DNA of 61,021 nt, counting the filler. It is 5 parts of 5 records of this genome, joined end to end, with 100 filler letters (N's around TTAATTAATTAA, not from the genome) between each part and the next. Parts side by side here need not be neighbours in the genome. Positions count along the whole stretch, not along the records: positions 51,533 to 61,021 come from DRR378314_308; 4 more parts are not named here. One strand, given 5' to 3'. Of this stretch, positions 54,068 through 61,021 are shown one piece after another. Each line of letters starts with the position of its first letter. Within the stretch, counting starts at the first letter, position 1. The notes under the pieces are model-generated. The model worked only from the letters and a program-made list of their open reading frames with translations, was not told the origin of the DNA and did not search any database. Made by a program: the position numbers and the translations under genes.

Positions 54068-54851
54068 AGAAGTACCGGATCAACGTTTTGGCGGCGTAAG
54101 CCGTGTATACGGACAAGCGTCGTTAACGCAGTTTCAGCAGTTACATATTGTGGTCGCCGGGCTTGGCGGCGTTGGCTCATGGGCGGTGGAAGCTCTGGCG
54201 CGTACAGGTATTGGTAAGCTAACGCTAATCGACCTGGACGATGTGTGTGTCACTAACATTAACCGACAGCTACCGGCAACGGATAACACCATAGGCCAGC
54301 TTAAGAGCGAAGTACTGGCGCAGCGGGTGAAAAGCATTAACCCCAACTGCGAAGTGCGGGTAATTGACGACTATTTGCTGCCGGAAAACTTTGAAGAGTA
54401 CTTAACCGGCGCCGATGCCGTGCTCGATGCCATAGACAGCGTTAATACTAAGTCTGCTTTGGTGGCCTGGTGCAAGCGTCGCAAGTTACGCATAGTGGTG
54501 TGCGGCGGAGCAGGTGGGCAGATAGACCCTGGTATGATCCGCGTCGGTGACCTTGCCAAAGCCAAACAAGACCCGTTGTTGGCTAAGGTACGCTCACAAC
54601 TGCGCCGCGACTACGGCTTTTCCAAGAACCCCAAACGTAAATGGGGCGTTGACTGTGTCTATTCCGAAGAGCAGTTGCGCTATCCAATAATTTCCGGTGA
54701 ACACGAAGGCGAAGTCACGCTGCAAAAACCGGGCTCCGGCACCATGCGCATGGACTGCAGCTCCGGCTTTGGCGCCGCCATGGTCGTCACCTGCAGCTTC
54801 GCCATGCAAGCAACTGCTACATTATTGAAGCGATTGACATCCAAAAAATAA
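54060..54851 (+). CDS. tcdA: tRNA cyclic N6-threonylcarbamoyladenosine synthase (ThiF family)
   Basis: GLGGVGSWAVEALARTG, DLDDVCVTNINRQ, GGAGGQIDP, QDPLLAKVR, CVYSEE, MDCSSGFG. Confidence 0.94.
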   Translation: MSEEVPDQRFGGVSRVYGQASLTQFQQLHIVVAGLGGVGSWAVEALARTGIGKLTLIDLDDVCVTNINRQLPATDNTIGQLKSEVLAQRVKSINPNCEVRVIDDYLLPENFEEYLTGADAVLDAIDSVNTKSALVAWCKRRKLRIVVCGGAGGQIDPGMIRVGDLAKAKQDPLLAKVRSQLRRDYGFSKNPKRKWGVDCVYSEEQLRYPIISGEHEGEVTLQKPGSGTMRMDCSSGFGAAMVVTCSFAMQATATLLKRLTSKK

Positions 54852-54896
54852 ATTTTTGCGTGATATAGGTTGCAAAAATAGATTTTTTTGTCTATT

Positions 54897-54916
54897 TTGA
54901 GTGTAATATCACTCAA
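54897..54916. promoter_or_regulatory. Inverted repeat enclosing a -10-like hexamer upstream of the hipA-like gene (candidate operator)
   Basis: TTGAGTG-TAATAT-CACTCAA, 12 nt before ATG 54929. Confidence 0.55.
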
Positions 54917-54928
54917 TTTAGGCTTGTC

Positions 54929-56275
54929 ATGAATAGTCTTACGATCCAGGCTTACCTGCAAAGCCAGTGGCAGGACATAGCCGAGTTAACTTTTACTGAA
55001 CGAACCGGGCAGAATGAACCCGACGTACAAGTGCAGTATAAAACGGACTACGCTATTGAGCACCTGGAGCAGGATGACCATCATGCTGTTTCCTTAAACC
55101 ATCCAGTTCAGCTTTACTTTGATGATGACGATCAACCCGGTTGGCTTCGCTTTCTTGACGATATTATCCCAAGTGGTGCGGCACGACGGTTTTGGGTGGA
55201 TCAGCTTGAAATATCTAATTCGCCACTAAGCGAACAAAATCTGATATTACTGGAAAAAGCAGCGATTGCCCCTGTTGGACATTTGAGAATAAAGCAAGCC
55301 GTCGAAAACCAGAAAGAAGCTATGAATCCTCCCCAATTTACTATCAGCGACGTTGTAGAAAGAAACGCGAGCTTTCTAGAATATGCTCAACAGCGAGGAG
55401 CTATTGCCGGGGGAGCCACCGGGGCGGGTGGAGAAGCGCCAAAATTATTACTGCGATGCAACAATAATGACGAGGTTTGGATAGATACATTTCAAGACGG
55501 AACCAATACTCAGGACGCATTTTATCTGGTGAAATTTCCTCGGGGTCAACGAAAGCAAATTGACTGCGATATCCTGCGCGCGGAATATCACTTTTATTGC
55601 GAGCTCGAGGAAATAGGAGTTAGCACCATAGCAACCGAACAGATGAGGCTTGAAGAAGGAGATAACTTTCCGTCACTTTGGCTTCCGCGTTTCGACGTTG
55701 AAGTTGTTAATGGCGTCGTTACTCGTAAGGCTATGGAGTCTGTCTACTCAATATTAAAGCGAGCGCCCGGTGTACGTCTTCGTCATGCCGATGTAATACG
55801 TGAGTTAGTCAGCAAAATTGAAAACTCATACATGGTGAAAGAGCAGGGAGCTTATTTTAATGTAGAGGCGTTCGTAACCGAATGGGTACGGCGGGATCTA
55901 TTGAATATCGCTTTTGGTAACTCGGATAATCACGGTCGCAACACGGCATTTTTCAGAGATGAAAGCGGTATAAAGCTCACTCCAATTTATGATTTTGCTC
56001 CAATGCGAGCAGACCCCGAAGGTGTACCAAGATCGACCGTTTGGGGAGAGCCAATGGAAAGCGGCGGCGAATATAATTTTAGCGCGATTTGTGAAGAGCT
56101 TTCAGACTTGATTAAACCGGAGCAATTGCTCGATGGTTTGCATAAAACCGCTGAGCAACTTATTGGTTTGGAAGGTAGGTTAAGAAAGCGGGGCGTTCCA
56201 GGAAGTATTATGACCATGCCCAAAGTAGGACTGGCAAATATTCCAGAAAAACTGAAACGCTGGGGGCTGCTATGA
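54929..56275 (+). CDS. HipA-family Ser/Thr kinase toxin
   Basis: N-terminal FLDDIIPSG (HipA_N-like), P-loop GATGAGGEAPKLLL, YLVKFP, LWLPRFD, catalytic GNSDNHGRN, LTPIYDFAPM. Confidence 0.9.
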   Translation: MNSLTIQAYLQSQWQDIAELTFTERTGQNEPDVQVQYKTDYAIEHLEQDDHHAVSLNHPVQLYFDDDDQPGWLRFLDDIIPSGAARRFWVDQLEISNSPLSEQNLILLEKAAIAPVGHLRIKQAVENQKEAMNPPQFTISDVVERNASFLEYAQQRGAIAGGATGAGGEAPKLLLRCNNNDEVWIDTFQDGTNTQDAFYLVKFPRGQRKQIDCDILRAEYHFYCELEEIGVSTIATEQMRLEEGDNFPSLWLPRFDVEVVNGVVTRKAMESVYSILKRAPGVRLRHADVIRELVSKIENSYMVKEQGAYFNVEAFVTEWVRRDLLNIAFGNSDNHGRNTAFFRDESGIKLTPIYDFAPMRADPEGVPRSTVWGEPMESGGEYNFSAICEELSDLIKPEQLLDGLHKTAEQLIGLEGRLRKRGVPGSIMTMPKVGLANIPEKLKRWGLL

Positions 56276-56580
56276 GCAAGAATAACCGGCTTAGCGGCGA
56301 AGAGCGAGAAGCTCTTATTGAGCGCATTGCGCTACAGCTATTACAGGGTGAAATAAGCCAGGGACAAGCGTTGCAGGAGTTCAGGAAAAAAATTACTGCA
56401 ATGAATCAAAGCGACTATGCCGAGCTCACGAAAACTTCCCGAAAGACCGTTTCGGAAGTGGAAAATGACTTGGGTAATTATTCTAGTGATGTAATTAATA
56501 GACTGTTTAAGCCTTTTGGACTAAAAGTTGGCCTGGTTCCGGCATCCGCTCGGTTAAAGCGCCGTACATTGAAGGTGTAG
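56272..56580 (+). CDS. XRE-family HTH protein (putative antitoxin)
   Basis: MNQSDYAELTKTSRKTVSEVEND...INRLFKPFGL. ATGA overlap with the hipA-like stop. Confidence 0.85.
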   Translation: MSKNNRLSGEEREALIERIALQLLQGEISQGQALQEFRKKITAMNQSDYAELTKTSRKTVSEVENDLGNYSSDVINRLFKPFGLKVGLVPASARLKRRTLKV

Positions 56581-56736
56581 CCTGACGGCCTGAGGTGTAG
56601 CCTGACGTTTACGTCAGGAACGATGTTGAACACGCGGCGTTATTGCCTATTTATTTGAGCGGTGTTTTAACTGGGGCATCTCACCTGACATAAATGTCAG
56701 GCTACAGGGTGCACGTAGCCTGATGTTTACATCAGG
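56574..56736. repeat. Cluster of GTAG-type REP hairpins
   Basis: Partial gtagcctgacg (56577), gtagcctgacgtttacgtcagg (56597-56618), inverted cctgacataaatgtcaggctac (56684-56705), gtagcctgatgtttacatcagg (56715-56736). Confidence 0.85.
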
Positions 56737-57103
56737 TGCGGTGTTGAACAACCCGCAGCTTCAAGATTTTGGCTACCTGGTACAGGCCGTTGCTGCGCGA
56801 GGGGCTTAGGGCGTTGTCCAGGCCTTCGGCGCGGTAAAAGGCGTCAATATCAAAGGCCGCTATTTCCGCTACCGGGCATCCGTCCAGCCGTTGTTGCAAA
56901 AGCGCCAGTAAGCCGCGCACTATGCGTGACTCGGAGTCAAAACGAATCACTACTGCCTCCACATCAGAGGTATCCAGCCACAGCCACACCTTCGCCTCGC
57001 AGCCACCCACCAGATGATCGTCATCACGACATTCCGCCGGGTATTCTGGTAGACTTTTAGCTTGTTGAACTAAGTGACGAAAAAGCTGTTCCCAGCTGGC
57101 CAT
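56732..57103 (-). CDS. csdE: SufE/CsdE-family sulfur acceptor
   Basis: VGGCEAKVWL (acceptor Cys), FDSESRIVRGL, LSPSRSNGL. Confidence 0.85.
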   Translation of the reverse strand: MASWEQLFRHLVQQAKSLPEYPAECRDDDHLVGGCEAKVWLWLDTSDVEAVVIRFDSESRIVRGLLALLQQRLDGCPVAEIAAFDIDAFYRAEGLDNALSPSRSNGLYQVAKILKLRVVQHRT

Positions 57104-57227
57104 GTAAACTCTCCCTTACGGCAATAGAGTTTTATTCTCCCATAACTTGTGAGATCGACGCCAGTCTAGGATAATGGCAACATAATAAATACCAACATTC
57201 AGAACATTCCAGAAAAAGGAAGACAAC

Positions 57228-57977
57228 ATGAAGATACTTGTCGCGGTTAAGCGCGTCATTGACTACAACGTCAAGGTGCGTGTTAAACCAGATCAGTCCG
57301 ATGTCGATTTGGCAAACGTCAAAATGGCACTTAACCCATTCTGTGAAATTGCGGTAGAAGAAGCCGTACGCTTGAAAGAAGCGGGCACTGCAGACGAAGT
57401 GGTTGTTGTTTCTATTGGCCCTAAAGCCGTGCAGGAACAGCTTCGCACCGCTTTAGCATTAGGTGCTGACCGTGCCATTCAGGTTGAAACCGACGACATG
57501 CCAGACTCTTTATCTGCCGCCAAAATCTTAAAAGGCGTAGTAGAGAAAGAAGGCCCCGACATGGTTATTCTGGGCAAACAGTCTATCGACTCAGACAACA
57601 ACCAGACCGGCCAGATGCTGGGCGCTTTAACCGGTATGCCACAGGGCACCTTCGCGTCTAAAGTGGAAGTGGGCGACGGTTTTGTTAATGTCACTCGTGA
57701 AATCGACGGCGGCCTGCAAACCGTTAAGCTGACTTTGCCAGCGGTTGTCACCACCGACCTGCGCCTGAACGAGCCGCGTTATGCGTCGTTGCCAAACATT
57801 ATGAAAGCCAAGCGTAAGCCGCTGGAAACCACAACTCCGGACGAACTGGGTGTGGAAGTTAAGCGCACTATTAAGCTACTGAAAGTTGAAACGCCTGCAG
57901 AACGTAGTGCCGGCGTGAAAGTAGCTGACGTAGATGAGCTGGTCGACAAATTGAAAAACGAGGCGAAAGTATTATGA
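57228..57977 (+). CDS. etfB: Electron transfer flavoprotein beta subunit
   Basis: [54 protein letters not shown]. Confidence 0.97.
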   Translation: MKILVAVKRVIDYNVKVRVKPDQSDVDLANVKMALNPFCEIAVEEAVRLKEAGTADEVVVVSIGPKAVQEQLRTALALGADRAIQVETDDMPDSLSAAKILKGVVEKEGPDMVILGKQSIDSDNNQTGQMLGALTGMPQGTFASKVEVGDGFVNVTREIDGGLQTVKLTLPAVVTTDLRLNEPRYASLPNIMKAKRKPLETTTPDELGVEVKRTIKLLKVETPAERSAGVKVADVDELVDKLKNEAKVL

Positions 57978-58903
57978 GCATCTTAGTGGTAGCAGAACAC
58001 GACAATAACGCGGTTGATCCATCAACCCTGAAAACGTTAGCCGCTGCACAGAAAATCGGTGGCGACATCGAGGTACTGGTTGCCGGCAAAGGGTGCTCAA
58101 CCGTTGCTGAAAACGTAGCAAAAGCCGACGGCGTGAAAAAAGTCATGCTGGCAGACAATGAAGCTTACGAGCATCAGTTGGCGGAAAACATTAGCGAACT
58201 GGTAGCCGACTTAGGTAAAAACTACAGCCACATTCTGGCTCCGGCCACAACTACCGGCAAAAACTTCATGCCGCGCGTTGCTGCATTATTAGACGTAGCG
58301 CAGGTGTCTGACATTATCTCGGTAGAAAGCGACGACACCTTTAAGCGTCCTATCTATGCGGGTAACGCCATCGCCACCGTGCAGTCAGAAGACAAAATCA
58401 AAGTCATTACCGTTCGTGCAACAGCGTTCGACGCAGTCGCAGAAGAAGGTGGTAGCGGCGAAGTTGAAAACATCGACTCTGTTTTTAACAACGACAAATC
58501 TGAATTTGTTGAAGAGCAACTGGCCGAATCAGAGCGTCCTGACCTGACTTCAGCAGAAATTGTTATTTCTGGTGGTCGTGGTATGCAAAACGGCGAAAAC
58601 TTCCATCTGCTCGAAGACGTCGCCGACAAACTGGGCGCCGCAGTAGGCGCATCTCGTGCCGCAGTGGACGCAGGTTTTGTACCAAACGACATGCAGGTTG
58701 GGCAAACCGGTAAAATTGTTGCACCGCAGCTTTATATTGCGGTAGGCATTAGTGGTGCTATCCAGCATCTGGCCGGTATGAAAGACTCTAAAGTCATTGT
58801 TGCCATCAACAAAGACGAAGAAGCACCTATCTTTCAGGTCGCAGACTACGGGTTAGTTGCCGACTTATTCGACGTACTACCGGAATTAAACAGCAAAATC
58901 TAA
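57974..58903 (+). CDS. etfA: Electron transfer flavoprotein alpha subunit
   Basis: [43 protein letters not shown]. Confidence 0.97.
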   Translation: MSILVVAEHDNNAVDPSTLKTLAAAQKIGGDIEVLVAGKGCSTVAENVAKADGVKKVMLADNEAYEHQLAENISELVADLGKNYSHILAPATTTGKNFMPRVAALLDVAQVSDIISVESDDTFKRPIYAGNAIATVQSEDKIKVITVRATAFDAVAEEGGSGEVENIDSVFNNDKSEFVEEQLAESERPDLTSAEIVISGGRGMQNGENFHLLEDVADKLGAAVGASRAAVDAGFVPNDMQVGQTGKIVAPQLYIAVGISGAIQHLAGMKDSKVIVAINKDEEAPIFQVADYGLVADLFDVLPELNSKI

Positions 58904-58923
58904 CGCCTATAGAGCTGTTAAAA

Positions 58924-58964
58924 TCGCTACTGACGCGCAGTTTTAGCCGTCAGTAGCGACATTT
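58924..58964 (+). terminator. Hairpin downstream of etfA
   Basis: tcgctactgacg-N12-cgtcagtagcga. Confidence 0.55.
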
Positions 58965-59084
58965 CCCCGCACTTTTTCTAACAACTTGTTATATTTTCGT
59001 GTTCATATACTTGCATATTTTTAACTCATCGGACATGATTCAGACATAACCGCCAAACAAGTTAAAAAGATTAGGTGGCTCACA

Positions 59085-60929
59085 ATGAAAAGAAGAACAA
59101 CTATGCTAAAAAAACTTCCTCTGGCTACGGCCATTGCACTGAGCTTTGCAGCATCAGGCCAGGCAGCTGACTTTGAAGTCGGCGATTATGAAATTAAATT
59201 CGATTCTATTCTGTCTTACGGCGCAGCGTGGCGCATGGAAGATCAGGCAAACCATCTGATTCATCCGGGTAACATGGCTGGCGGAACGGCAGGTTCTAGT
59301 GTCGGCGACGACGGTAACCTTAACTTCGATAAAGGTGACTTAGTCTCGTCGGTATTCAAAGGCGTACACGATTTAAGCATTGATGGCGGCAGTCATGGTG
59401 CCTTTATTCGTTTCAACTATTGGTACGACTATGTGGTTTCAGAAGAAAATATGCCGCATGGTCACGCGGGTAACAATTATTATCCTGATACCAAATTAAA
59501 TGACGATATCTTTGACGATTACTCACAAGGTAAAGGTGTCGAACTATTGGATGCCTTCGTTTACGCTAACTTCGATTTAGGCAACATGCCAACCAGCGTA
59601 CGTTTAGGTCGTCAGGTATTAAGCTGGGGTGAAAGCTCTTTTATTTTTAACGGCATTAACGACATTAACCCGTTAGACGTTAACGCGGCACGTCGCCCTG
59701 GTGCAGAAATTAAAGAAGCTTTGCTGCCAGTCGGTATGTTCAGCACCAGTATTGGTTTAACCAATTCACTCAACTTAGAAGCTTTTTATCAGTACGAATG
59801 GGATAACACCAAACTCGATGGTTGTGGTACGTATTTCTCAAGCGTTGATATTATCGGTGGTTCAGGCTGTGGCAAAGTTACGCTTAACCCGCAATTAGTT
59901 CCGGGTGACCCTAATAGTTACCTAAGTGACTTTGAATCGGTACAGGCAGGTGCTTATATTGGCAGTAATCCAACCCTGGAAGCTTCTGACAGCGGTCAGT
60001 GGGGTGCAAACCTGCGTTATTATTCGTTAGATCTTGGCGCTGAATTTGGCGTTTATTATCTTAACCTGCATAACAACACGCCTATTATTTCGGCTTATAA
60101 CTGGACAGTCGACCCACGTCCATTCCAGGAAGCGGCAGGCGTAGCTGGGCAACAACCTGGTTACACTTGGTCAACGCCTAACGGTTATCCGGTTGATGGC
60201 CCCCGTTTGGTTTTGGAATACCCTGAAGACACTGAAGTCTATGGCTTGAGCTTTAGTACTAACTTAGGCCTATGGTCAGTTTCCGGTGAGTACAGCTACC
60301 GTGATGGTGTGCCAGTTCAAATTAATACTACCGAGATTTTGACAGCGGGTTTGCGTCCTAATGTACCTAGTACTTTTGCTGATCGTGTGGCTAATACTGA
60401 GCTTGGAGGTCTGGCAAATGGTTATGACCGTTTAGATGTCAGTCAAACGCAAGTCAGTTTTGTGCGTTTCGTTGACCGTCTGTGGGGTTCTGACCGCATG
60501 ACCTTTGTCGGTGAAGTGGCTATGAACAATGTTCATGACATGCCGGGCTTAAACGAACAGCGTTATGGCCGTTTACCATTATATGGTAAGTGCCTGACAT
60601 CTGAAGACACGGGTGCTCCAGCCGATATGAATTGCGAAGGTTTCGCGACATCTACCTCATGGGGTTACCGGACCCGCTTCCAGTTTGAATATTCAAACGT
60701 TTGGCAGGGCTGGGGTTTAAACCCAACTATTCAGTTTAACCATGACGTAAATGGCTACTCAACTAACAGTAACTTTATTGAAGGTCGTAAGTCATTAGGC
60801 TTGAATTTGATGGCTGATTACCTATCAACTTACAAAGTTAGTCTAGGCTACACTATGTATTCAGACGAAGAACTTGATCCGTTAGCTGATCGCGATTATG
60901 CGTCAGTCAGCTTCTCATACGCGTTCTAA
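59085..60929 (+). CDS. DUF1302-family outer-membrane protein
   Basis: Signal peptide, DDGNLNFDKGD, LLDAFVY, RLGRQVLSWGES, PGAEIKE, C-terminal DRDYASVSFSYAF. Alternative start at 59103. Confidence 0.9.
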   Translation: MKRRTTMLKKLPLATAIALSFAASGQAADFEVGDYEIKFDSILSYGAAWRMEDQANHLIHPGNMAGGTAGSSVGDDGNLNFDKGDLVSSVFKGVHDLSIDGGSHGAFIRFNYWYDYVVSEENMPHGHAGNNYYPDTKLNDDIFDDYSQGKGVELLDAFVYANFDLGNMPTSVRLGRQVLSWGESSFIFNGINDINPLDVNAARRPGAEIKEALLPVGMFSTSIGLTNSLNLEAFYQYEWDNTKLDGCGTYFSSVDIIGGSGCGKVTLNPQLVPGDPNSYLSDFESVQAGAYIGSNPTLEASDSGQWGANLRYYSLDLGAEFGVYYLNLHNNTPIISAYNWTVDPRPFQEAAGVAGQQPGYTWSTPNGYPVDGPRLVLEYPEDTEVYGLSFSTNLGLWSVSGEYSYRDGVPVQINTTEILTAGLRPNVPSTFADRVANTELGGLANGYDRLDVSQTQVSFVRFVDRLWGSDRMTFVGEVAMNNVHDMPGLNEQRYGRLPLYGKCLTSEDTGAPADMNCEGFATSTSWGYRTRFQFEYSNVWQGWGLNPTIQFNHDVNGYSTNSNFIEGRKSLGLNLMADYLSTYKVSLGYTMYSDEELDPLADRDYASVSFSYAF

Positions 60930-60957
60930 TACATTGATTGATACCGTGAATCACGAT

Positions 60958-60987
60958 AAAACCGTCTCTACTGAGGCGGTTTTTTTA
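60958..60987 (+). terminator. Intrinsic terminator after the DUF1302 gene
   Basis: aaaaccgtctc-tact-gaggcggtttttt. Confidence 0.8.
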
Positions 60988-60991
60988 TTAT

Positions 60992-61013
60992 GTAGCCTGA
61001 CATTTATGTCAGG
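60992..61013 (+). repeat. GTAG-type REP hairpin, same family as 56574-56736
   Basis: gtagcctgacatttatgtcagg. Confidence 0.85.
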
Positions 61014-61021
61014 AACAATAT

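Noticed and set aside
56574-56736. Possible mini CRISPR array
   Set aside because: Repeats occur in both orientations with irregular spacing, no cas genes are present, and the GTAG-hairpin form fits REP elements.

Overview
This window is not one replicon. It holds five contigs joined by artificial 100-nt linkers (N44-TTAATTAATTAA-N44). (1) 1-23990 is a Halomonas-like gammaproteobacterial sugar-metabolism region: alpha-glucoside ABC transporter and GH13 alpha-glucosidase, LacI regulator, gap, pyk, mgsA, cra-fruBKA and pgi. It continues into an accessory islet (GFA, VOC, HAD, TetR/HPP, an Rpn nuclease between 43-bp direct repeats), a Tsx-like porin and uraD. (2-4) 24091-34710, 34811-44061 and 44162-51432 come from a GC-rich, intron-containing eukaryote, probably a protist. 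Manual splicing gives the 3' end of a SAM methyltransferase, a TMEM164-like gene, an ankyrin-repeat/two-pore-channel fusion, a HECTD4/MYCBP2-like giant protein, a BORCS8-like gene, a FUT8/GT23-like fucosyltransferase, a TBC Rab-GAP and an Sfi1-like repeat protein. (5) 51533-61021 is an Idiomarina-like gammaproteobacterial contig: thyA, REC-CheC regulator, PAS-only protein, tcdA, a HipA-like kinase/XRE pair, GTAG-type REP hairpins, csdE, etfBA and DUF1302. Best candidates for something new: the ankyrin-TPC fusion channel, the rpn cassette (duplicated terminator plus internal RpnS start), the toxin-first HipA/XRE module between tcdA and csdE, and the REC-CheC/PAS-only/tcdA operon. Family and taxonomic calls come from recalled motifs; no database search was run.
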